A DNA stretch of 32,000 nt from Candidatus Nanoclepta minutus. Its GTDB lineage: Archaea; Nanobdellota; Nanobdellia; Nanobdellales; Nanobdellaceae. Below are positions 8,876 through 17,910 of the stretch, in pieces. The stretch covers positions 43,389 through 75,388 of the forward strand of contig MWMI01000004.1 in NCBI GenBank assembly GCA_003568775.1, given 5' to 3'. A program made the translations under genes and the position numbers. Positions within the stretch are counted from its first letter, which is position 1, and each line of letters starts with the position of its first letter. Below the pieces are notes generated by a model. That model saw nothing but the letters and a program-made list of their open reading frames with translations, was not told where the DNA came from and did no database searches.

Positions 8876-9213
8876 TAAGATTAAACCTCTCTATATTTAT
8901 CTATAAACCTTTTATAAAATTCCCATTATTCATTTGTTAACAAATAGAATTCGAATGGAGAATTAAAGAATTCTTTTATTAATATTCCGAAAACTTCTAA
9001 TTTTTTATCCCTATTTTTAAATTCTTCAGATACTATTGCGATGCCTATATTAGACTAAATAATAGTAACAGATATATAAATAAGTCAAATTATCCTTAAC
9101 TCTAACAGAGTCGATATAAATAAATGCAGCGAGATCAATAATCAAATAAACATTTACTTTTATTAATGGTTTTTGATAGCTCGAAATTATAAATACTATA
9201 CTAAATTACAATT

Positions 9214-10110
9214 TTAATCTCCTTTCCTTATAGCATAAATATAGCCTATTTTCATATTAGGATTGGATGCAGAAGGGTTGTAAATATTTTTAGGTTTTGT
9301 ATATTTTACATCAAAACCGTTATCTTCTAAATAATTATATAACTCTTCATAACCATAATGATATTCGATTTGAATTCTTTTGAACCTTTTTATTATATCT
9401 CTATCTTCGCTCAATATGTTATACTCACATCCTTCACAATCCATCTTTAGTACTGCCTCTTTGATATTAAACATCGAAAGTATTGTTTTTAAGGAATACA
9501 AATTTATTAACTTACCCTTCTCATCTTCACTTTCTTTTAGGTCAGATCCGATATCTGGTATAAAGCTTTCATCTATTCTCATTACTCTATCCTTACCATA
9601 TCCCGCATTCAACGGTATTATTTTATCTGTGCAACCATTTATGTTTATATTTTCGGTTAATAACTTAAAAAAGTAAGGATAAGGCTCTAACGCAATAATC
9701 TTTTTGGCTCCCTCAATACAAAAATAGATAGAAGAATCTCCAATGTTTGCTCCAATGTCGATAACTACTTCATTCCTTGGATTTAAAAATTTGTATTCTT
9801 CATTAGCGAAAACTGATACTAAATCTCCTTTCCAAGGTTCGATAAACTTTAGTTTGTGTTCTTTAAATATAAGAATAATTTTGTTATTTTCGATATCAAT
9901 ATCCTTAATATTGGGATATTTAAGTAAAAAAGCATACAAAGATGCCAACTCAGGATTTACTTCACATTTTTTTCCATTACTTCTAAGGATAACCTTTATT
10001 TTATAATTTGATTTACTACTCAATTTTCTAACTCTATATAAATTATATAATATAAATATCCAATTCCGATAAGCTTTTCTGTAACGAGATATTATATCGA
10101 TAAACCTCAT
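9214..10110 (-). CDS. FkbM-family SAM-dependent methyltransferase
   Basis: It has the SAM-binding motif VVIDIGANIGDSSIYF and a downstream LKMDCEGCEY block typical of Methyltransf_21/FkbM. Confidence 0.75.
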   Translation of the reverse strand: MRFIDIISRYRKAYRNWIFILYNLYRVRKLSSKSNYKIKVILRSNGKKCEVNPELASLYAFLLKYPNIKDIDIENNKIILIFKEHKLKFIEPWKGDLVSVFANEEYKFLNPRNEVVIDIGANIGDSSIYFCIEGAKKIIALEPYPYFFKLLTENININGCTDKIIPLNAGYGKDRVMRIDESFIPDIGSDLKESEDEKGKLINLYSLKTILSMFNIKEAVLKMDCEGCEYNILSEDRDIIKRFKRIQIEYHYGYEELYNYLEDNGFDVKYTKPKNIYNPSASNPNMKIGYIYAIRKGD

Positions 10111-10382
10111 ATTTTAATTTATTTTACTCTACAATATTATTAAATATACACTTAATGACTGCGTATTTCATATACCTTAAGCGCTTAACAGATTCGTGAT
10201 TCAAATAAATTAAAGAAACATTGAAAAACATAGATAGAGAAATAATTAACAAATTTAAAAACCAAAAAGCTGATATTATATCATAGATATTAAAAAGAAA
10301 TAGCTAGTTATTTATCAGACTAAGAATTCAATAATTAACTAAAAAGCAAATTCATTTTAATTATTTTAGATTTTCTATATAA

Positions 10383-11507
10383 CTAAGATAAAAATATCTC
10401 TTCAAATTTATCAACTACCTTTTTGATATCAAACAATTCCCTTGCTCTTTTAGCAACGTATTTTCTCTTTTCAAAATAACCTCTTGGATCTTCCTTCCAA
10501 AAGGTATAAATTTCTAATATTTTATTTGCAAAGGCTTCCGGATTATAACTATTTTTGATCCAACCAAAGTTCTTATCATAAATATTTAATAAATCCCTAA
10601 AGGCAACTATATTAGATCCTAAAAACGGGGAACCTGAGACTAGGGCTTCTACAACAGCTATTGGAAATCCTTCAAATCTAGAAGGAATAAAAAATAGAGA
10701 AGATTTTGATAAGATTTCTCTTTTGGTATTTTCATCTACAAATCCAAAATATTTAACGTTTTCTGGATATTTGCTTTCTAATAATCTTAGCATTTCTTCA
10801 TACTTTTTATCTCCAGAACCTGCAACATAAAACTTTATTTCTTTATTTTTATCCAAAACCTTCTTTATAGCTTCTATTAATACATCAAATCCTTTTTGTT
10901 CATGAATCCTACCCATAAACGTTAGTATAAACTCTTTATTATCTTTAGGATAAAGATATTCTTTAGAATTAACAAAATTAGGAACTAAATAAACGTTTTT
11001 AAAACCTAATTTTTCATAAAATTCCTTTTGAGCGGAATTTAAAATATGAATATATATTTTATGCTGATATTTTAACATTTTATTTTCCATTAATTTTATA
11101 ATATGAATTTTATATCTCCATTTTCTGTCATTATAATCTAAAAATGTAGTGTGATTTCCTATAATAATTCTATTTGCCTTTTTTGTATATATAGAGAGGA
11201 TGGGGTGTAAGAAATAGGAAGTAAAATTAACCAGATAAATATAATCTACATCTTTTAAAAGCATTAAGTCGCATAGACCTCTAAAAACCCTAAAGACTCC
11301 ATTAGAGAATTTATTTGATAATATATATCTAAACTTAATTATTTTTCCTAAATCTTTTGGCTTAATCCTAAACAGATCTCCATAATTACTAGAAATAACC
11401 CATACATTATACTTCCTATCAACAAGTTCGTTTCCTATCTTTATAACCCAATTCTCAGTACCTGCATATGTTTCTAGCCTAGTAAAAACAAAGAATACTA
11501 TCTTCAT
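10383..11507 (-). CDS. Glycosyltransferase, GT4 (group 1) family
   Basis: The 374-aa product has a GT-B layout and a C-terminal EX7E motif (FEGFPIAVVEALVSG). Confidence 0.85.
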   Translation of the reverse strand: MKIVFFVFTRLETYAGTENWVIKIGNELVDRKYNVWVISSNYGDLFRIKPKDLGKIIKFRYILSNKFSNGVFRVFRGLCDLMLLKDVDYIYLVNFTSYFLHPILSIYTKKANRIIIGNHTTFLDYNDRKWRYKIHIIKLMENKMLKYQHKIYIHILNSAQKEFYEKLGFKNVYLVPNFVNSKEYLYPKDNKEFILTFMGRIHEQKGFDVLIEAIKKVLDKNKEIKFYVAGSGDKKYEEMLRLLESKYPENVKYFGFVDENTKREILSKSSLFFIPSRFEGFPIAVVEALVSGSPFLGSNIVAFRDLLNIYDKNFGWIKNSYNPEAFANKILEIYTFWKEDPRGYFEKRKYVAKRARELFDIKKVVDKFEEIFLS

Positions 11508-11542
11508 AAAACTTTAAAGTTGGATTTAATATTTAATAGTTT

Positions 11543-12571
11543 ATGAAGCTCGGTATTTATGGCACTATTTATAATAACGCAGATACTGTAAAAACTACGA
11601 TAAAGACATTAGTTAATTCTATTGAGGACCTATTTGATGAAATAATCTTCGTTATAACAGATAATTACTCTGATGATGGAACATACGAAAAACTTTTAGA
11701 GCTGAAAAAAGAATATGAAAACTCTAAAATAAAAATAGAGATAATAAGAGAAAAAAGTACAAGGGGAAAAGGAAGACAAATCGCAATGGAATATCTTATA
11801 AACAATTATGATATAGATTTCGTGACATATACGGATTTCGATATAACATATTACCCATTTCAAAGAGACATCTTCAAAGCAATCATTGATAATATAAAAG
11901 ATTATGAAATATGGGGAGGTGTTGCTGGTCTTGCTACATATAAAACGTATAAAAGAATACTAGAAAGAGGAATCGAATGGCCTGATACAAACTTTTACGA
12001 AGATAACACATTCTTTTATCTTATTTCTACTAAAGCAAAAATACTGATAAAAGATTTATGCACTATTGGACACTCAAATGCTATCGTATATAATATCAAT
12101 AGAGAAAAAAGATATGCAAAAACAACTTTAAGATGGATCAAAAGATATCTAAAGACACAGTTAGATATATTAAGATCTTCTTTAACAATTTGGAGAGACA
12201 TAATAAATATGAAAAATATCGCATTTGGAAGAAAAATTTTTAACTTGGCTAAGGGAATAAATGCTCATTACTTACTAGAAAATATGAGAATTTACATTCT
12301 CCCTGAGGAAGTAGGTTTACCAGAAAACACATTCTATAGGTTCAGTACATATGCTCCTAGAATGTTATTAGCTAAAATAATTGATGATAAAAAAGCTAAA
12401 TTTATAAAAACTAGAGGTTTTCATTTCTTTAGAGACTTAAAGTTTGCTAAAAAATTTATAGAAGATCATGAAAAAGCTATATATAGAAATTTTGACTTTG
12501 ACATAAATAAAGTTGAAATATATAAAATAAGTGAAATATTTGAAAAAGTACCTTATTTAATACACTACTAA
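11543..12571 (+). CDS. Glycosyltransferase, GT2-like
   Basis: The N-terminal GT-A signature is GTIYNNADTV...IIFVITDNYSDDGTYEKL, with a D-x-D-like TDFD. The C-terminal half is not recognisable. Confidence 0.65.
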   Translation: MKLGIYGTIYNNADTVKTTIKTLVNSIEDLFDEIIFVITDNYSDDGTYEKLLELKKEYENSKIKIEIIREKSTRGKGRQIAMEYLINNYDIDFVTYTDFDITYYPFQRDIFKAIIDNIKDYEIWGGVAGLATYKTYKRILERGIEWPDTNFYEDNTFFYLISTKAKILIKDLCTIGHSNAIVYNINREKRYAKTTLRWIKRYLKTQLDILRSSLTIWRDIINMKNIAFGRKIFNLAKGINAHYLLENMRIYILPEEVGLPENTFYRFSTYAPRMLLAKIIDDKKAKFIKTRGFHFFRDLKFAKKFIEDHEKAIYRNFDFDINKVEIYKISEIFEKVPYLIHY

Positions 12572-13761
12572 TGAGGATTTTACTATTTCATCCATGGATA
12601 AAATCAAAAGGAGGTGCAGAGAGGTTAATATTAGAATACATAAGAAGATCTAAACATAAAATAGATATATTAACTTGGGTTTATTTATCAGATAAAAGCT
12701 TTGAAGAATTCAAAAAATACAAAATTATAAGCATATTTCCAGAATATTTAGAATCTGTATCTAGAAGCTTTTTATTAAGGGGAAGTTTTGGAATCCTTTC
12801 TATAATAAAAAATATATTAAAAGAAGGTTTTATTGAGAATTACGATCTCTTATTGATAAGCACTTCCGGTATAGCCGAACTAATCTTATTAAACAAAAAA
12901 ATAAATATACCTGTTGTTTTATACGTTCATACACCCCTAAGAGCAACCTATAAATATGATATCTATTGGAACTTTAAATACAGGTTTAAAAATGTTTTAT
13001 ATAAAGCAGTATATAAACTTGCTCTACATTCTTATAATTATTTAGAGAGAAAAGCATGGAAAAGAGTTAGCTTTGCGATATTTAATTCAGAATTATCCAG
13101 AAAAAGGGCTTTAGATAAAAAACTAATAGATATAGAAAAGACAAAGGTAATATATCCGGGGGTAGATATCAATTTAGAACCCAAAAACCAAGAAAACTAC
13201 TTTCTTTATATAAGTAGAATTGGGATGGCTAAAAGGCAAGAAATACTACTATATACATGGAAAATGTTTTCAAAAAAATATGGGGATTATAAACTAATAT
13301 TAGCCGGAAATCTAGAAAACAAAAAGTATTATAGAAAATTGTTAAGGATAATAAAAGTCTTTAATCTTAGGAATGTAGAAATTCTGACTAATCTACCATC
13401 AGAAAAAATAAAAGGATTACATGAACATTCCCTATGTGAAATACAGGTTCCTTTTATGGAAGATTTTGGAATTGCACCATTAGAATCTGTTGCTGCTGGA
13501 AAATACTTAATAAACGTTTATCCATCTGGAAATTACGAATTGTTAAAAGATTTTCCTGGTATATACTGGATAAAAGAAAGAATAGACAATATAAAAATGG
13601 CAAGGGAAGTCTATAAAGCTATGGAATACTTTATAAAAAATCAGGATAAATTAATAAACCTAGGATCAGAAAACAGAAAAAGATTTAAAAGATTAGATTT
13701 GTCTTGGGATAGATTCGCAAAAGAAATGGATAAAACCTTGGAAAGTCTAATATTTTATTGA
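12571..13761 (+). CDS. Glycosyltransferase, GT4 (group 1) family
   Basis: The N-terminus has KSKGGAERL. The C-terminus has the EX7E-type motif FMEDFGIAPLESVAAG. The start overlaps the upstream stop as TAATG. Confidence 0.8.
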   Translation: MRILLFHPWIKSKGGAERLILEYIRRSKHKIDILTWVYLSDKSFEEFKKYKIISIFPEYLESVSRSFLLRGSFGILSIIKNILKEGFIENYDLLLISTSGIAELILLNKKINIPVVLYVHTPLRATYKYDIYWNFKYRFKNVLYKAVYKLALHSYNYLERKAWKRVSFAIFNSELSRKRALDKKLIDIEKTKVIYPGVDINLEPKNQENYFLYISRIGMAKRQEILLYTWKMFSKKYGDYKLILAGNLENKKYYRKLLRIIKVFNLRNVEILTNLPSEKIKGLHEHSLCEIQVPFMEDFGIAPLESVAAGKYLINVYPSGNYELLKDFPGIYWIKERIDNIKMAREVYKAMEYFIKNQDKLINLGSENRKRFKRLDLSWDRFAKEMDKTLESLIFY

Positions 13762-14799
13762 AGATTCATATATTTCCTTAAGACTCTTATTTCTATTTCC
13801 AATACTAAACTTACCGTATTTTATTTCTTTCCAAGCATTTAAAGAAATCTCTTTAATTAAGTTAGTATTCTCTATTAAGCTACTTATAACATCTGTATAT
13901 TTCTTTATTTCATCTTTATCTCTCTTTATTATATATCCTGTCTTTTCGTTCTCTATTATCTCTCTTCTAGCAAATCCCTCAGAGGTAACAACTACATTAC
14001 CATATGACATCGCTTCCAAAATTGTAAAACCGAAACTATCTGAATAACCTGGATAAACATATATATGAGATTTTCTGTATAAATTCCTTAATCCTTCATC
14101 AGTTAAAGATTCTAACCATTTAATGAAATTATATTTCTTTAAGATCTTATCTGATATCCATTTTTTTGGTGTTACAATAAACATCTCTATATCATACCTC
14201 TTATTTAAATTTTCAAAGACTTTTAATACGGTACTTCCACCTTTAGCATAAAAATATCTTGCTACAAATAATAATCTTATTTTATCAAAATCCTTATCTA
14301 CATATTCTTCGGCAGGTACTGCTGGATAAATTACTTTTAGTTTTTCTCTTATTTTAGGATCTTTTCTTATTTCCTCTGGTATAGTATTATACGCCTCATA
14401 AGTCCATGGTAGTAGATATTTTAGATTCTTTTGCTTAAATAATTTTTTTATAATAATCTTCCCGATCCCGGAATAAGCTGGATAATGCGTAAAAAAGAAG
14501 ATATAATAATGCTCAAAGTCTGTAACATATGGTTTATCTGTAAATAAAAATAAATGAGAAGTATGATATAGATCTAAATCTGAACTAGATACTTTTCTAA
14601 TTTTAAAAATAGGAAATCTACCAATAGAAGAATAAATAATCCTCTTTACTTTTAAATAACTAATAAATTTTCTTGAAGATGTTATAAGAGTATCCTTTAT
14701 TTTATTTAAATAAATAACTCCGTCTGGCGGGTACAAAAATAAGTATTTATAATAAGAAGAATCTAGCTTTCCTAGACTCTCTACTCTAACTTTTATCAT
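13747..14799 (-). CDS. Glycosyltransferase, GT4-like
   Basis: The C-terminal domain has YSDSFGFTILEAMSYGNVVVTSE...EKTGYII. It converges on the previous gene with a 15-nt 3' overlap. Confidence 0.75.
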   Translation of the reverse strand: MIKVRVESLGKLDSSYYKYLFLYPPDGVIYLNKIKDTLITSSRKFISYLKVKRIIYSSIGRFPIFKIRKVSSSDLDLYHTSHLFLFTDKPYVTDFEHYYIFFFTHYPAYSGIGKIIIKKLFKQKNLKYLLPWTYEAYNTIPEEIRKDPKIREKLKVIYPAVPAEEYVDKDFDKIRLLFVARYFYAKGGSTVLKVFENLNKRYDIEMFIVTPKKWISDKILKKYNFIKWLESLTDEGLRNLYRKSHIYVYPGYSDSFGFTILEAMSYGNVVVTSEGFARREIIENEKTGYIIKRDKDEIKKYTDVISSLIENTNLIKEISLNAWKEIKYGKFSIGNRNKSLKEIYESSIKY

Positions 14800-14852
14800 A
14801 TAACAAACACACAGAAGGAAAATTTATAAAAACTTATATTCAAGCTATTTAG

Positions 14853-15668
14853 ATGTCTGGTAAATATATAAATTATATTAAATGGTACATTGGCAGTATA
14901 AATAGCATAAGCGGTATTGGTAAATTAAAATTTGCAGCTACAGCACCAATACTTTTTGTTTATAATAAAATTAAAGGTAAAAGGGATAATATAAAGAATA
15001 TAACCCGTTTCGATCTTACTGTAAAGGTCTATGGGCATAAATTCGAATGTAGGAAAAACACACTTGATATAAGCTACATCATAAATTTCGAACCGGAAAC
15101 CACAGAATTTTTGTTAAATAAAAAAGGAAAAATATTCATAGATGTTGGAGCACATATCGGAAGATATTCTATATTGCTTTCTAAAAACTTCGAAAAAATA
15201 ATTTCCATTGAAGCTGATCCATATAATTATTCTCAATTGATTAGAAACACAAGATTAAATAGTCTATGGAATAAAGTAATACCGCTGAATATTGCCCTAA
15301 CAAATAATGATGGGATACTTAAATTAAACCTTTCAGAAGAAGGAGACGGAACACATTCAATTGTTGTTAATTATGGAAAAGGAAGCATAGAAGTCTTAGG
15401 TCTTAAACTAGATACGGTAATAGATTTATTAGGAATAGATCCAAAGGATATAGATGTAATTAAAATAGATGTAGAAGGGGCAGAATACTTCGTTCTACAG
15501 GGAATGAAAAAGGCTTTGAAAGATGGAAAACCAGTATTGGTTATTGAAATATGGGAAGATTCTAAATATAAAGAAAAAACTATAGAATTATTAAAAAAGT
15601 ATGGATATAAAATGATAAAAGAATTGGATAAAGGTTATGCTACAAATTACATTTTTGTTAAAGAATAA
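14853..15668 (+). CDS. FkbM-family SAM-dependent methyltransferase
   Basis: It has IFIDVGAHIGRYSILL and IKIDVEGAEYFVLQG. It is a paralog of 9214-10110 in the opposite orientation. Confidence 0.8.
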   Translation: MSGKYINYIKWYIGSINSISGIGKLKFAATAPILFVYNKIKGKRDNIKNITRFDLTVKVYGHKFECRKNTLDISYIINFEPETTEFLLNKKGKIFIDVGAHIGRYSILLSKNFEKIISIEADPYNYSQLIRNTRLNSLWNKVIPLNIALTNNDGILKLNLSEEGDGTHSIVVNYGKGSIEVLGLKLDTVIDLLGIDPKDIDVIKIDVEGAEYFVLQGMKKALKDGKPVLVIEIWEDSKYKEKTIELLKKYGYKMIKELDKGYATNYIFVKE

Positions 15669-15671
15669 AAA

Positions 15672-16199
15672 CTATTTATAAACTGATAATAACTCTAGTA
15701 AAGAATCTTCTAAATCATATATAGCATCTCTTCCCTTAGTAGTAATCAGATTTCCATCAACAACGTAAGGTAAATCTGCAAACCTAACCTTTAGCTTTAA
15801 AACAGTTTTTAAATATTCTGGAAACTCGTTAACGTTAAAAGTAATAGTCTTACCCAATAACAAATCCATCTTAGCAAATGCTATCTGTGCTAATGAAGAT
15901 AAGATAACAGGTTTCTTTGCATAATAGAACCTAGCAAAAATACCTGCAGTTTCATTATTAATGAACTCTTTAAAACCTTTATCAGCAATCATAATTAAAC
16001 TATCAAAAAAGGCTTCCTTTAATAGGAATATTTCTTCCGTTGAGAAATCTGGATAAACCTTTGAACCATATTTAGCAACTGCAACTTTCTTAAATGGTGT
16101 CGCAACATAAACCTTCCCATCTAATATGTCTAAAAAGTTAACCAAATCTTCTTCAGAAAAACCTTCAGTAGGTAATATTATTAAGTGGGATCTTATCAT
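15672..16199 (-). CDS. DJ-1/PfpI-like protein (nucleophile Cys replaced by Ser)
   Basis: The overall pattern matches DJ-1/PfpI: LIILPTEGFSEEDL..., KKPVILSSLAQIAFAKMDLLLGK and VVDGNLITTKG. This is my own by-eye alignment. Confidence 0.5.
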   Translation of the reverse strand: MIRSHLIILPTEGFSEEDLVNFLDILDGKVYVATPFKKVAVAKYGSKVYPDFSTEEIFLLKEAFFDSLIMIADKGFKEFINNETAGIFARFYYAKKPVILSSLAQIAFAKMDLLLGKTITFNVNEFPEYLKTVLKLKVRFADLPYVVDGNLITTKGRDAIYDLEDSLLELLSVYK

Positions 16200-16265
16200 A
16201 TTTATTTTTGATATACTTCAGAATATAATATTTTTATCTTCTAAAGTATTGATATTCTATTATCC

Positions 16266-17909
16266 ATGGTTTCACTAGAAGAGCTAAGGAAAGAAAATCT
16301 AGGAGAGAAACATAAGGTATTTGAATCTAAAATAATCTTAGATGATCCAAGATATAGGTTAGAAAGCATATACTTTTGGTTATTAGATTTCTTAAGGGAT
16401 GATTTAAAATTAAATGTTTCAAAAATTTCCGATGAATTTGGAGGATCTTTCGGATCAGTTTTCTATACAGATATAGTTAGAAGGGCTCAAAGCATTTTAA
16501 CTACTGCAAGAGAGATTGGAGGTCTATTAAATACGATAATAAAATCTATTGTAGACGTAAGTAACTCTTATAGAACTCTAGTATTCGAAAGATTACATAA
16601 ATTTGAAGATTTAAAATCCGATAATCCAGAGAAATCTTATACAGCATTAAAGGCTTTAAAATCCCTTTGGCTTGATAACGTAGATTCGAGGAAGGGAACA
16701 TATGCTCTCAGGAACTTGATTAAAGCAGGATATTCAACAGTTATCGATCTATTTTTATTAGCGGAAGATGGAGAAAAACTAAATGAACTTATATCTAAAG
16801 GAATTGCAAACAAAAGTATCCTAAACCATCCATCCTATAGGGAGATATCTTACTATGAAAAGAATAAAATTGTTAATGAAAGAGTTATATCTTTAGTAAA
16901 AACTAGATTAGCGGAGTTCTATGGTTGGCTAGAGGAATCTGAAAAGTATTTTAAGGAGAGAGCAAAATATTTAAAAGCTTACTTATTACATCAAGTAAAT
17001 TCCCTAATTTATTATTTAGAAATTGCTAAACCATACTTCAAAGCTGCAAGAGCTTTAAAACAGAAGGAATATAATATTCCAGATATAGTAAAAGGTTTCG
17101 AATCAGCAATAATTGAGATAACATTATTTGCAACCGATAAAGAGAAAGAATTAACAGAATGGGACAAAGATAAGAAAGATTTTATTAAAAAGAAATATAT
17201 ACCCTTATTCGAAGTAAACATAATAGCGAGGGTTAGACCAACACTACAGGCTATTTCCGTTGAAAGGACAGCCATGTATACATACATAGGAAGGATAGAC
17301 ATAGAGTATAGAGCATACGTCTTAACTAGGGAGGAATATGATGAGCTAGTAGCTAATAAGGAAATAGAGGATATCTTATATATACAAGGGATGACCGAAA
17401 CCTTCTTAGAAGGGATTACAGACGTTATATGCAACGTATACCTATATGAAAAAGTTATTTCTAATAGTAAGTTATTGGAAACTGCGAAGAAATTCCTAAA
17501 TAAGGATGAAATAACTAGTGAGAGGGATATTGTTTGGACTAAAGAACTAGTAAAAGAGCTAGAAAAAGTTGATAAGAATTTTTTAAAGGGATTGGAATGG
17601 ATAAATAAATATTTACCTTCTAAAGAGGAATTAGAAAAAAAGGAAGAAAAGAAAGAGGAAGAGAAAAAGAAAGAAAATACAATAAGCCTTATCTTCCCAA
17701 TAGCTAAACCCGCTGCTGATATATTCAAGAGCCTATTATATAATATATTTGAATTTATAGTAACCTATGGGAAGGATATATCAAACATAAGGTATTCTAC
17801 TTCAAAGAAAAAATTGGAAAAGGAAAGGGGAGATTTCATAGATGATGTAAAGAAAAAAGCTTGGCTAATATTCAATACCTCAAAGAAAAGCTTTGGTCTT
17901 GTAGCTTAA
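16266..17909 (+). CDS. Hypothetical protein, 547 aa, helical with a K/E-rich linker
   Basis: It is a long clean ORF with a verified ATG. I recognise no P-loop, TM segment, signal peptide or known motif. A K/E low-complexity tract is encoded at nt 17624-17678. Its stop lies 1 nt before the next ATG. Confidence 0.7.
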   Translation: MVSLEELRKENLGEKHKVFESKIILDDPRYRLESIYFWLLDFLRDDLKLNVSKISDEFGGSFGSVFYTDIVRRAQSILTTAREIGGLLNTIIKSIVDVSNSYRTLVFERLHKFEDLKSDNPEKSYTALKALKSLWLDNVDSRKGTYALRNLIKAGYSTVIDLFLLAEDGEKLNELISKGIANKSILNHPSYREISYYEKNKIVNERVISLVKTRLAEFYGWLEESEKYFKERAKYLKAYLLHQVNSLIYYLEIAKPYFKAARALKQKEYNIPDIVKGFESAIIEITLFATDKEKELTEWDKDKKDFIKKKYIPLFEVNIIARVRPTLQAISVERTAMYTYIGRIDIEYRAYVLTREEYDELVANKEIEDILYIQGMTETFLEGITDVICNVYLYEKVISNSKLLETAKKFLNKDEITSERDIVWTKELVKELEKVDKNFLKGLEWINKYLPSKEELEKKEEKKEEEKKKENTISLIFPIAKPAADIFKSLLYNIFEFIVTYGKDISNIRYSTSKKKLEKERGDFIDDVKKKAWLIFNTSKKSFGLVA

Positions 17910-17910
17910 A

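Noticed and set aside
10111-10382. The 272-nt gap, checked for a hidden gene or C/D-box sRNA.
   Set aside because: All six frames are broken by frequent stops. The isolated CTGA and GTGAT-like strings lack the box-12-box spacing. Nothing here is supportable by eye.
9214-15668. The idea that the glycosylation block is compositionally foreign, being much more AT-rich than its flanks.
   Set aside because: Hand counts of sample 60-nt lines gave about 20-25% G+C inside the block and about 42-45% in some core genes (L5, secY, the 670-aa gene). A line inside the core truD gene also gave about 22%. My sampling therefore cannot support an anomaly, and a proper windowed calculation is needed.
17624-17678. 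A purine-rich (GAA/AAG/GAG) tract that looks like a simple-sequence repeat.
   Set aside because: It is in frame inside the 547-aa ORF and encodes the K/E linker. It has no regular repeat unit and is not an independent repeat element.
17012-17728. A 238-aa minus-strand ORF antisense to the 547-aa gene.
   Set aside because: It has Ser/Phe/Leu-rich low-complexity sequence typical of a shadow frame opposite a K/E-rich gene. It is fully nested in a much longer and better ORF.
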